DNA of 62,628 bases, filler included. It is 14 parts of 14 records of this genome, joined end to end, with 100 filler letters (N's around TTAATTAATTAA, not from the genome) between each part and the next. Parts side by side here need not be neighbours in the genome. Positions count along the whole stretch, not along the records: positions 4,544 to 11,751 come from SRR7504441_14097; positions 11,852 to 16,175 come from SRR7504441_14098; positions 16,276 to 19,748 come from SRR7504441_14107; positions 19,849 to 23,909 come from SRR7504441_14114; 10 more parts are not named here. One strand, given 5' to 3'. Numbering within the stretch: the first letter of the stretch is position 1; every line of letters starts with the position of its first letter. The notes beneath the pieces were generated by a model. That model was given only the letters and a program-made list of their open reading frames with translations, made no database searches and had not been told where the DNA came from. Shown here one piece after another: positions 11,048 through 21,668 of the stretch. The position numbers and the translations under genes were made by a program.

Positions 11048-11668
11048 ATGGATCCGGCGATCGATCTAGACGAGCTGGACGAAGCCGCCGGCCGGTGGGC
11101 GGGGCTGGCCTCGGACGCCCTCCGGCTGCTGCAGGCGATCACCAGCGCGCACGATCGGCAGAGCGTGCTCGCCAGCCCGCCGCCCGGGTTCAGCCCAGCC
11201 ACCGCCGCAGGGGGGCGGATGGCCCAGTGGCGGTCGATGGCGCAGCTGGTGGCTGCTGTCCAGCGCACGCTGTGCGAGCGGCTGGCTGGGCTGTGCGAGC
11301 GGCCGGGGCAGGCGCAAGCTGGCGGCCGAGGCGGATAGCCTGGACGGACCACTGGCGGCCCAGCTTAGCTGCGGGGGTGGAGGCGTGCTGGTGCAGCTGT
11401 CGGCGGCTTGGGCCGAGGAGTGAGCGGACAGGGCGGGCCGGCGGTGAGTGTGGGCAGGCTGGGACGACTGGAGCTCGGGCTGGAGCTGGCGATTCGCGCC
11501 GAGTTTGAGTCGCTCGGGCCGGCCCTGGCACGTTGCGCCGAGGCGAGCGCGCAGCGGAGTGCGTCGGGCGCGGAGAAAGTGCCGAGCGTGGGGGCAGGAG
11601 TGGTAGTGCCAGCCTTGCTGCTGATGGCGAGAGAGCAAGATCGTAGCAGCACCAGCCATGCGAGCTAG
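11048..11668 (+). CDS. Hypothetical helical protein, probably spliced
   Basis: ATG 108 bp from the divergent GH55 start; GC-rich coding-like ORFs 11048-11338 and 11408-11668 followed by AT-rich DNA; exon structure unresolved. Confidence 0.4.
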
Positions 11669-11851
11669 TACGGAGCTAAGCTTAAGCTTATACGTACGTA
11701 CCAGTTGTACTAATAGTTAGCTTATCAATCAATCAAGTTCTGTATTGCATCNNNNNNNNNNNNNNNNNNNNNNNNNNNNNNNNNNNNNNNNNNNNTTAAT
11801 TAATTAANNNNNNNNNNNNNNNNNNNNNNNNNNNNNNNNNNNNNNNNNNNN

Positions 11852-12898
11852 ACACCTCGGCGCACAAGGTCGCGATCAGGCGGGCGTATTATGCAATGAT
11901 ATCCGAGTTCGACGACATGGTCGGGGCCTACACTGCCGCGCTGGATGAGGCTGGGCTAACCAACTCGACGGTATGCAGTGTTGTTAGATCAGCAGTGTGC
12001 TGTTTGGGTTTACTGATATGGTTGGTTAGGTGGTTGTGGTGAGCTCCGACCACGGGGACATGCAGATGGAGCACGCTCAGGTGCTGGCTCCACCTGCCGC
12101 TGTGCCTGAACCTGCGTACAGTTCTACAAGATGGTTGCGTACGAAGCTTCCACCCGTGTCCCGGTCGTGATGGCTGGCCCGGGCATCTCGCACGTTGGGG
12201 ACGGCAACGTGCGAACTCTCACTTCACTTGTTGACCTGCTTCCGACGTTCCTCCATCTTGCCGGCGCTCAACAGCCCAAATCGACTCTGTTGGCCGGTGT
12301 GGCTGACCCAGAGGCAATAGACGGGACCTCAATGGTGCCGCTGCTGCAGCACGGCGATCGCGCGGCCGGTAGCCACCCCGATTATGTGGTGTCTCAATTC
12401 CACGGAGAGAACCTGGCTATGAGCTGGTACATGGTGAGGCAGGGCGAGCTAAAGCTGGTCCAGTGGGGCACTGGCGCCCAGCACGACCCGCAGCTCTTCA
12501 ACCTGACTGCGGACCCACACGAGTGGCAGAATCTGGCCGCCGGGTACAAGGCCGAGCAGGAGCAGCACCGGTACCACGCGCGGATCAGTCAGCTGGACCG
12601 GCTGCTGCGCCAGGTTGTGGACTATCCTTCAGTCACTCGGGAGGTTGCGCTTTACAATGTGCAGATGGCGCACTGGTGGATGCGGACGGAGCCAAAGTGG
12701 AGGCAAGTGCTCGAGGGTGGGAATGCGGTCCACCCACAGGCTCGGTCGACATCCCTGAACGCGGACTGGGGCGAGTTGTGGCAGGAACACCCGCAGCGCT
12801 ACTGGGCCTCCTGGTGGTCTTGGCTGAACCAGTCGGCCAATGGCTCGAATCCTGACATCCCGATCTGCCCCGGCACGCTCGAGCACAACTGGAACTAA
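11852..12898 (+). CDS. Sulfatase (arylsulfatase K/choline-sulfatase-like), 3' part only
   Basis: RAYYAMISEFDDMVG...SSDHGDMQMEHAQ-FYKMVAYEASTRVP, TSLVDLLPTF, QLFNLTADPHEWQNLA; introns 11971-12029 and 12081-12121. Confidence 0.88.
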
Positions 12899-13125
12899 GC
12901 CAAGCCTATCAGCAACGAGCACCTTAGTTCACAAGTAATCATAGTGCGCACCTATGGCGCACTTGGATGCGAATCGATTGATGGACGTCGACGATTTGAA
13001 CTGATTTACACGGCAATCTTGTACTCAGTAACACTAAGTCTTACGAGTCTCACTTATTAATTGGATCGAACTTATTGATCAACAAGAGAGTTAAAGTTGC
13101 CTACTCCATTACCCCTCGGAGTTGA

Positions 13126-16107
13126 TCAATTAGTTTGTGCTTCGGCAGGCGAGCCTTCTGCGCCTTGCATCTCTTGGTAGCTAGCGTGCACTTGGCCATA
13201 CAGCTCCGTGGTGGTGTCATCGAACCCACCAGCATAGCCGTACACTCGAAACCCAAACCCGAGCGCGCCTTGCATCAGATTCGAAGTGCGTCGACGGAGC
13301 ATCTTGTGCCGCCGGCTCACGCTGGCTTGTGCGCCTTCAGCCTCGGGGCTCTGGCTGAACTCCTGCCACTGGGCCAGCGCCAGCTGACAGTAGCGCCCGG
13401 CTAGCCCTATCGTGGCCTCCTTTATCTTCTGAAGCAACGGCCAGCTGAAGTCCAGTCCCATCGACACAAACCGCTGCTCGTCCGCCTCCTTCCGCCGGCC
13501 GTACCCATCCAGCTCCTTAGTAACGCTGTCAAACACCGCCACCAGCTGCTCGGTTAGGCCAAACAAGTCGGTGCCGGGCTCGGCCTCGATCGTGGCATAC
13601 CTCTCAACTAGCCCAGTCATCCGCTGCATGTTGGCATACCGCTTGGCCAGCTCACGCAGCACGCCAACCTTCCCAAACGGCCAGTCTGGAGCACACAATT
13701 TGAGCACCTGCACCTCGTCCTCAAGCGCCCCAAGCGTCTTCTCCAGCTCAGAGACAAACTCCAGCACATCGGCAGGGCTGGGAGCTGAGTATTTCTGGAT
13801 GATCGGGCTCAGCGCGGCCAGATCGGGCCCCATTTCGTCGGCCTGCTGCTGAACCTTCTTGAAGAATGCGCTCTGGTTCTTGAGTTCACTTAGGAGATCT
13901 CCTGAGAGCGCGGCTGGGACCTTGCTGTTATTGCCCTGCTGCGGCTGGCGCGCCTTGCTGCCGCTCCCACCCTTCTTGAACACGTCTTTGTACATGGCCA
14001 TGATGGTCGGATTGCGTTGCACCCCTTTCCCCCGACCTTTATCCAGTATCTCACCGCCCTTGCCACGCTTGGGCGGGCCCTTACCGCCCTTGCCCTTACC
14101 GCCCTTGCCCTTACCCTTGCCCTTGCTGAGCCCCTTGCCTGCTTCTGCCAGCCAGCGATCAAAGTTACCCTGCTCACCTGTGGCCGGCTCCTGCGCGGCC
14201 GCAGGCTCAGGACTGCTCGGCCCGGCCTGACTATCCCCAAATTGCCCGCCCACCCCGCCTGACAGGCCATCCGAGCCGAGAGCAGCCCCAACCGGCTGGC
14301 CAAGAGTCGCACCCAGCGACTCGTGCCGCCTCGAGTTGCGCAGGCTCAGGGTTGCTCGGAGCTCGGACAGCATGTCGGGCGGGGCGGACGGCTCCACCGA
14401 GCCGCTCTGCTGCGGCTTGGGCGGTTCCCTCGGTGTTAACATCGACTTGGCCTCCTGAAAGCTCTCGGACGTGGTGGTCAGCGTGCGCCGACCGGGGCGA
14501 CAAACGGTCTGCGCCATGACGTCGAACTTCTCGCGCCTGCTTAACGGGGCGGGCTGCTGCTCAGTCGACAGGAAGGAGCCGAGCGAGAGCTTGGGTACTA
14601 TCCCAGCAGGGGCTGGCTGGGTGCTAGCCGCTGCGTTCTGGGAGAGTAGCCTGACCGCTTCGAAGGCCTGGTCCTCGAGCATTTGGGCGTTCCGCTTCTC
14701 CATCTGGGCGTTCTTATACTCCTGCTCCGACAGCCGGATGGCCTCGAGCTCTTCCTCAGTCCGAGCCCATTGCGGCTGGGCCTCTTGTTCAGATAGCCTG
14801 ATTGCCCTCTCCTCCAACTGAGCCTCCCTTTCCCGACTGGCCCTCTCGCTCCGCCAGTCCTGTTCGGACAGCTCGACCGCCCGGGCCATCTCCGACGGGT
14901 CCACCGTCCCCCAATCACCACGCTGGCCGGGGACCTGCTGCGACTGCTCGGACATCTGGACTGCCCGCGCCATTTCAGATGGATCTACCGTGCCCCACTC
15001 GTCCGGCCGGTCCGGGATCTGCCGGGAGAGCCTGTCGCGCTCGGCCTCGAGCTGTGCGATCTGAGCCTCCAGCCGGGCGCGCTGGTCCTGGTCACGCTCG
15101 AGCTCCTCGGGTTGGGACTCGTACTCGACCTTGAACTCCTCTTCTTCCGGCGCCTGCTCAGAGGCCGGCCGGTCGGCACCGCACATGGCGCACTGGGCGG
15201 CCGACTGGGCGTTGGAGTAGGTACACACCGGGCACCGCCAGCGCCGACGGCTCGGGGTCACTGGGCTGCCCAGTCCAGCAGCGGGATCAAGCACTTTGAT
15301 ATCCTCGAGAGATAGCGCGACGGCCATACTCTCCGGGAGCCCATGGAGCAGATTCAACCCGAGCGTGGCCGCGAACCCGCCCGGGCCGGCGAGCCCCTCG
15401 ATCCGTGTGAACGAGCAGAAGCTGAAGTTGTTGAACGGTCGCTCAAGCTTGCCTATGTCCTGGTCAAGCCGTTCCAGCGCGAGGCAGTCGGAGCCGCCGA
15501 GCTCGGGGGAGAAGCCATCCCCCACACCCACGAACAGCACGGCCAGCGGGGCGGCCGAGGCGGCTTGCACGATGTCCTCCACCGCCTGCCGCTGGTGCTC
15601 GCTCGTCCCGTCGCCCACAATGACCAGCACACCGAACTGAGACCGGCCCCGCTCCTGCCCGGCGGCCTGCGTCAGCTCCACCGCGGTCTGTATCAGACTG
15701 CTCCAGCCGGTCCGGCTGCCCATACGCACCCGCGGGGTCACCCGCCTGTAGCATTGGACCAGCTGGCGCCAGTCGTCGCAGCCGTCCCCGGCGTGCAGCG
15801 GGAAGACCGCCTGGTCCTGCGTGGTGACGTCCCCAAACCCAAACCCGAGCACCCGGCTGGTGAACGGCTCCAGGCAGCCGCCCACTATCTGGATCGTCCG
15901 CAGGTACGGGTTGGGCCGGCCGGCCGGGCTCAGGTCGTGGAGCGGCCGGTCGTCGAAAGAGACCAGCCCCTGAAACTGGTTGGAGGCGGTGAAGTCGATC
16001 CCGAAGAGCAGCAGGATCTCCCCGCCCAGACCACGCTTCTTGAGCTCAAACTGCACGTCATCCAGCCCGGAGCCCAAATCAGGATCATCAGGAGGCTCGG
16101 CAGCCAT
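13126..16107 (-). CDS. Copine/RGLG-type vWA + RanBP2 zinc finger + UIM repeats + GK-rich linker + CHUP1-like C-terminal domain protein
   Basis: vWA: LFGIDFTASN, NPYLRTIQIVG, FGFGDVTT, LVIVGDG, PLAVLFVGVGDG; ZnF WRCPVCTYSN...CAMCG; UIM-like ARAVQMSEQ/EAIRLSEQE; CHUP1-C-like ELKNQSAF, LEDEVQVLK, DWPFGKVGVLRE, FGFRVYGYAGGFD. Single long ORF. Confidence 0.85.
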   Translation of the reverse strand: MAAEPPDDPDLGSGLDDVQFELKKRGLGGEILLLFGIDFTASNQFQGLVSFDDRPLHDLSPAGRPNPYLRTIQIVGGCLEPFTSRVLGFGFGDVTTQDQAVFPLHAGDGCDDWRQLVQCYRRVTPRVRMGSRTGWSSLIQTAVELTQAAGQERGRSQFGVLVIVGDGTSEHQRQAVEDIVQAASAAPLAVLFVGVGDGFSPELGGSDCLALERLDQDIGKLERPFNNFSFCSFTRIEGLAGPGGFAATLGLNLLHGLPESMAVALSLEDIKVLDPAAGLGSPVTPSRRRWRCPVCTYSNAQSAAQCAMCGADRPASEQAPEEEEFKVEYESQPEELERDQDQRARLEAQIAQLEAERDRLSRQIPDRPDEWGTVDPSEMARAVQMSEQSQQVPGQRGDWGTVDPSEMARAVELSEQDWRSERASREREAQLEERAIRLSEQEAQPQWARTEEELEAIRLSEQEYKNAQMEKRNAQMLEDQAFEAVRLLSQNAAASTQPAPAGIVPKLSLGSFLSTEQQPAPLSRREKFDVMAQTVCRPGRRTLTTTSESFQEAKSMLTPREPPKPQQSGSVEPSAPPDMLSELRATLSLRNSRRHESLGATLGQPVGAALGSDGLSGGVGGQFGDSQAGPSSPEPAAAQEPATGEQGNFDRWLAEAGKGLSKGKGKGKGGKGKGGKGPPKRGKGGEILDKGRGKGVQRNPTIMAMYKDVFKKGGSGSKARQPQQGNNSKVPAALSGDLLSELKNQSAFFKKVQQQADEMGPDLAALSPIIQKYSAPSPADVLEFVSELEKTLGALEDEVQVLKLCAPDWPFGKVGVLRELAKRYANMQRMTGLVERYATIEAEPGTDLFGLTEQLVAVFDSVTKELDGYGRRKEADEQRFVSMGLDFSWPLLQKIKEATIGLAGRYCQLALAQWQEFSQSPEAEGAQASVSRRHKMLRRRTSNLMQGALGFGFRVYGYAGGFDDTTTELYGQVHASYQEMQGAEGSPAEAQTN

Positions 16108-16275
16108 CCTCCCCAAGTTCGCTTTTTTTTTTTTATTCGCCACCGTGGACAAGGCGCGCGCCTCCGGAGCGCGAGNNNNNNNNNNNNNNNNNNNNNNNNN
16201 NNNNNNNNNNNNNNNNNNNTTAATTAATTAANNNNNNNNNNNNNNNNNNNNNNNNNNNNNNNNNNNNNNNNNNNN

Positions 16276-18221
16276 AGCCGGAGCTGGAGCCGGAGCCGGA
16301 GCCAGCGGCCAAAGCAAAGCCCGCGGTGAAAGAGCCTGCGAGTGCGCCAGAAGTGGGCAAGCAGTCCGGTGGGCTGCCAGAGCGGCTGCTGAAGTCGGTG
16401 CTGGAGGCACTTCCTGCAGACAACCAGCTCTCAAGCATTCTGCGACAGGAGCTCACTGCGAACAAGCTGATCATCGGCATTGGGATCACAGCCGGGCTCC
16501 TCTGGCCGGTCAGTCCTGTGCTTGCTGGTACGATACTGACCATACCTCTGGCTGCGCTCGCTGGCAGTATGTTTGCTGGTACTGCCTGGACAGCTGCAAT
16601 CTCCACTGCGCCGGCGCTAGAGCTGGCCCCTGCTCTGTTTGGGCTGCTCGCTTTGGTTTGGCTCTCTGGCAAATGGTGTGGCTATCTGGCGTTGGCGGGC
16701 TGCTGCTGGCAAATCAGTGGCACCCTATGCAGGGTGGGTCTCGAACTGGCTGGACTGTCGCCTGCCGGGAGCTCTGCGGTGCTGACGGATGCGGTGAGCA
16801 AGACACTTGCTGAGGTCGACCAGACCAGCTCGACTGCATTGCTCTTCGTGACTGGTGGGTGCCCGTCTCCCTCCTAATAATCAGAATAATTGACCACCTC
16901 TTAGCGCTCTCACCGCTGTTCTCTGGCAGTGGCCGTTGCAATGCTGGTCTCACGGTACGAAATGCTTCAGACGTTCGGTTGGCAGCAGTCGGCTTTCCCG
17001 CACCTTGCTGCCACAGTGCTGTTGGCTTGGGGCGCCACCAAATGCGATTGGGATTCCCTCGCCCCGGGTTTGGCGCCCAAATTCGGCCCAGTTGAGCTCG
17101 CCCTTGGCTGGCTTCTCCTCGATCTGTTGCGTGGTGCCGGCCAGCTGCTGCCTGGCTGAGCTGGTTTCAGGGCTGGGCTACATGATGTGCCCAGCGGGCT
17201 CGAGTGGCGCCATTTCGCTTGGGGTGCTGCTTTCTGCCAGTCTCACACTGGCTTGTGGCAAGCTATTCGTTGCTGCCGCCACAGTCTTCCAATCCCAACT
17301 GCCGAGCTTGGAGCGCGCGATGGAGTTGGCTGTCTCACTGGTCCCCACTGCACAGCAGCCAGCAGCCACGGCATGGCTGAATCAAAAGCTGGCCGGGGTC
17401 AGCTTGCTGCACGCCGATCAGGCCGCTCTCTCCATGGGGATCCTGGCAGCTGGGGCAGTGCTGTGGCAGTATCATGTGCGCTCACACTGCGCTGGCCAGG
17501 TAGCCGCGCCAGGCTAGCCGGGGCCAGAATGTCGGGGCAGGCTATCCAGGCGACTGCTCTCAGTAGCCTGGTGCTGGTGGCAACAGTCGCGGGACTCAAT
17601 CTGTATTTCCCTGAGTTTCCCGAGCCGAGCTCAATGCAGCAAGATCTGGCCTGGCTTGGGCTGTTGCTGGCCTTTGGACGCATCTGCAGTAGCGACGAGG
17701 ACAGCAGATCAGCGTCCGAACACCAGTCGCCATTCCACCGTCAAGATGCTTGGTCCAACCGGGTGCACAGGATGCAAGCCGGGGACAGGAATCAGATGCT
17801 CAGGAGGCCGATGGGAGGTGCGCTCCTCTGTGCTCGGCTGGCCTTAGCCTGGTGGGCAGGAATCGACCCTGAGTTGCTCCGAGCAACAGGCTGGCAGCTG
17901 CCCCCACAGCCGACCCACCATGCTGTCCCATTCCCCTCGGCTCCCGTGGCCCGCCAGGTGGTGGAAGGCCGAATGGCAGCAGCTGGCCGGCAGCAGCCGC
18001 GTGCCAGCCCGCGCTCTGTTGCTGCCCCACCTGCAGCGCACGCCAAGTCCGCCGCTGTCAAGCGCTCGCCGCTGAAGCGAGACGTCGGATCGCACCAGCA
18101 GTCGGACTCTCCGAGCAAGCGCGCGCGAGGCTCGTCGCCGTTCGAGCGGCAGGATGCGTGGTCTGCGAGTAAGTCGCGGCATGGAAAGAGGAAGGCGGAG
18201 GAGGAGGCCGAGCACCCCTAG
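16276..18221 (+). CDS. Hypothetical multi-pass membrane protein (5' truncated, multi-exon) with a basic C-terminal tail
   Basis: Several hydrophobic segments across ORFs 16326-16877, 16929-17159, 16936-17517 and 17187-18221; tail contains SPF(H/E)RQDAW twice. Confidence 0.55.
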
Positions 18222-18450
18222 ATACGGACTTGATTACAAGCTGAAGGAGGCCGAACTTAGGATTCGTGATCCTGACAAGATTCACCGTTCCAATCCTTGG
18301 CAACTGCCTCCCTTGCAGCTACCTTGAAGCTTACTTGCAGCTACCGTACAGGTCTTGAAGCTTGGTAGAAGCTTGGCGCAAGTGCAAGCTTAGTCTAGAT
18401 ATTAAATTATGCAAATGACTATACCGTAATTCTATCAGATTGATTTTATT

Positions 18451-19493
18451 TTATAAGCACAAATGCTTGTGTATGGCATTCAATTTAGCTACCACCCTCT
18501 GGCGTTGAGCCTCCTTCACCTCAGCGCTCGCCTGTGCCGCTCTTGCCAAGATTGACTGTTCTATCACTTGTGCTGTTGTTGCCACATAACCCATCTCCCC
18601 TATCAACATACTCTCCGGTGTCAGCCGCTCTGCCATTGCCACAGCTACAGCAAGCCGCTCCATCTTACCAGCACTCACAACCGCAACCTCTAGCAGCGGC
18701 ATGACATCATCGGCTCCTACACATCCGGCCGCGCTCAAGGCTTCAAGTGCTATCCGCATCCCAAGCAATTTGTGAAGCACGCTACGCTGACGGACTAAGC
18801 TCCGTATCCCGAGGATGACAACCTTCCAGTGCGGCCCTGTGATAATGTGCTGCAATTTCACCGGCACGGCCATCTGATCAGCCGAGGAGCGGGCGGACAC
18901 GTGCTCCAGCGCCTGCCGCCACTGCTCGTCCTGTGGGGCCAGCGATTGCCTAAATTTCGCTTCGAGCGTGTCGAAGAGCGGCATGATTGCCGCGTGGCAC
19001 GCAAAGTATCCGGCTATAGACAGGACAGATCCGGCTGGGTCTGCAAGCACTGGGAATGCGTGCACCAGCTGGGCGTGCAAGTACTCGACGAACTTGACTG
19101 CAAAGCACTCAGCACCTCCGGTGGCGGCATGCACGCACCCACAGCTGCCACAGCCTCGGGCAGGCTGGACGGTAGAGACTTCGCCACGAAAGCACCGACC
19201 TGCGGTCCTAACGGGTCCGCAGACAATGCCGCCCCGAACTGGGTGGCACTCCTGCTAATCACCTGGCGCCTGCTAGGCGATGGCCAGGTGGTGATCACCT
19301 GCGGCAGGGGGAGTGCTGTGAGGCGCTCCAGAGGCTCAGCCGGGTCTACAGAGACCCAGTCCCCCGACGGGAGCGTGCGCTGCAGAGCCTCTGTCGAGCC
19401 CAAGAAGTCGAGTTGGTTCTGAATCCATTCCAGCTCGGCCTCGTCGACGAACGCACTCCGCCGCGAGGCGCTGCGTGCGCACTTGGCGCCCAT
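18451..19493 (-). CDS. VPS9-domain protein (Rab5-family GEF)
   Basis: VPS9 motifs GADDVMPLLEVAVV and GEMGYVATT; intron 19098-19138 (41 nt) joins the two ORFs in frame (AAV-VKFVEY). Confidence 0.8.
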
Positions 19494-19848
19494 CGTTACC
19501 AGCCGCCTCGCAGTCCGGTTACTCAGGTGCAGCCGGTGGCAGCGGGCGTTGCACGGCTGTCGGCGGTGCGGCTCTCCTACGCAATGCCCGTCGTGGCTCG
19601 GTCCAAGGTTCCGGAGCAGCTGACGCCCCGTGGATCGTCTTGACGTTAAAACTAATGAGGTTCGACAGCGCCTGAACCCAATATAATTAGTAGCCTAATT
19701 AGAGTCTAGTAGCCTATTCACCAAGGTGAGAGGACCGTCGGCGGCGATNNNNNNNNNNNNNNNNNNNNNNNNNNNNNNNNNNNNNNNNNNNNTTAATTAA
19801 TTAANNNNNNNNNNNNNNNNNNNNNNNNNNNNNNNNNNNNNNNNNNNN

Positions 19849-20310
19849 AAGATGAACAAGATACTCAGCCCGAGCGGAGCCACCAACGACAACAGCTCCA
19901 CCGCAGCCCAGGCTAGTGCCGCCGCAGTCAGCAGCGATCCCCTTCCTCCGGGCGATGCAGACGAGGACGCGGCGCTCCAGGCGGCGCTCGCCATGTCGAT
20001 GCAGGTAGACGAAGAGGCCGACAGCGGCGCCGAGCCCGAGCCGGAGGCAAGTGCTGAGAGCGCGCCGGCTCAGGACGACGACGCTGCGGCGCTTGAAGCG
20101 GCACTCGCGATGTCCATGCAGGTGGACGAGCCGGAGGCTGCCACCCAGCCGGCCGCGCAAGCTCCCCCGAGCGCTCCGGCGGGCGCCGGCTTCGCGGCGG
20201 GCGATGACGAGGAGGATGCGGCGCTGCAGGCAGCGATTGCGATGTCCATGGAGGCTGCGAATGCGCCAACCCAGCCGGATGATGACGATGATGCCGACCT
20301 CTACGACTAG
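19849..20310 (+). CDS. C-terminal fragment of a protein with three ubiquitin-interacting motifs (UIM) and an acidic DDDDDADLYD end
   Basis: DEDAALQAALAMSMQ, DDAAALEAALAMSMQ, EEDAALQAAIAMSME; 5' end cut by the linker. Confidence 0.75.
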   Translation, partial: KMNKILSPSGATNDNSSTAAQASAAAVSSDPLPPGDADEDAALQAALAMSMQVDEEADSGAEPEPEASAESAPAQDDDAAALEAALAMSMQVDEPEAATQPAAQAPPSAPAGAGFAAGDDEEDAALQAAIAMSMEAANAPTQPDDDDDADLYD

Positions 20311-20417
20311 GCGCTTCTGGTCAGTGTGATGGGCAACACGGCGAATCAGGGGAAAGAGGGATAGGTGGATTCGAAGAGGATGATTACACTGTAATCAATC
20401 AATACTGTGAAATACGA

Positions 20418-20437
20418 GTACGAGTACGTACTCGTAC
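20418..20437. repeat. Perfect 20-bp palindrome GTACGAGTAC-GTACTCGTAC in an AT-rich convergent intergenic region
   Basis: Read directly; related 19-bp inverted repeat AGTACGAGT-A-ACTCGTACT at 20585-20603. Confidence 0.9.
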
Positions 20438-20804
20438 CAGTAAATTGATTGATCTTAGTGCCGCACAATATCATCTAGCGGAGAGTTGTGGCTAGGCGAT
20501 CTTGCCTTAGTAGATGCGAGCGCCCCCGCTTGAGCGACCAATCAAGCTCGGTTTATTATATAATCATTCATGATAATCATTCACAGTACGAGTAACTCGT
20601 ACTTTTGAACGGATCTCGAACTATCCTACTTAATCATCCGTTTGTCAATTTTGCAATTAATTTGGCGACTGGCTCCAGGCGTGAGATATATATTGATCAC
20701 TTGATCCAGGCTCGCGCCGACCAAGAACGCGGAGCATCACATCCCCACAGCTCAGAGACATACTATCTGTGAGCTTGAGTGCGTCGGCTTGTGTGCGCAG
20801 CGCT

Positions 20805-21459
20805 TCATACGTGCACGTTCAGTGCGAGCGGCTGGGCTGGTTCGTCGGCCAGCGGGAGCCTGAGCAGGCCGGTCTCGCCCTCCTGGCACCAGCCACTCGG
20901 GAGCAAGCTCGCCTCGAGCTCACACGAGCCCGAGCTAATGCTGCTCGCCGCCCTCTGCGCGCCCACCGGCACCAGCGGCAGCATCTCGTCCACGGCCGGC
21001 AAGACCAGCTCGCCGGGTAGAGCCACCGGCTCGGCCGAGGGGTCTCCGAACATCATCGCCACCGACGCCCCCTCAGGCAACGCCCCCTCGGGTGGCGTCG
21101 CCTCCAGGGGGAGTCCCCAGTCGGTGGCGGCCTCGAGCAGATCTAGCGAGATACCCAGCTCCTCGTCGCTCGGCTCCGCGGGCGGACCGGCCAGCCCGGC
21201 CGCGGCCAGCTGCTCCCGGAGCCTCTTGTTGTGCGCCGCGAGCCGACCGATGGCGCGCCGGAGCGCCTCATTCTCGCCTTCAACGGCGGAAGTGCGCGTC
21301 TCGGCCGCAGACACCTTGTTCTCCAGGCTCTGAAGCTCCTCAAGTTTGCGCTTGCTGCCCCCGTCGGATCAGGCCGGCCGGGCGAGGAGGCTTAGCCCAC
21401 CGGCACTTGCGTGCGCATTCGGCGTTAGCGAGACGGCGCTCCTCGGCGGTGCGGCCCAT
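20805..21459 (-). CDS. bZIP transcription factor (Jun/Fos-like basic region)
   Basis: Removing intron 21355-21400 (46 nt) gives [51 protein letters not shown] (N-x7-R-x9-L plus heptads); an alternative upstream ATG at 21657 is in frame. Confidence 0.8.
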
Positions 21460-21668
21460 GGCTGGTGGTGGTTCAGGCGCGGGCTTGTTTGCATGCACGG
21501 GCTTCTCAGCATCAAACGGATCGGTAGACAAGGCAGCTCGATGATCAACAGGACGCCATTTTCCTTCGCTCGCCTTTGATGACTTTTCATCAGGTCGCTC
21601 AGGTGGTTCGTCCGTTGCTGAGATCAGCTGTTCTAATTTGGGAGCCACCAACGGCATCAGCCGGGACA

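Noticed and set aside
14860-15000. Direct repeat encoding WGTVDPSEMARAV twice
   Set aside because: Intragenic duplication of a UIM-like unit within the copine-CHUP1 gene, not a separate element.
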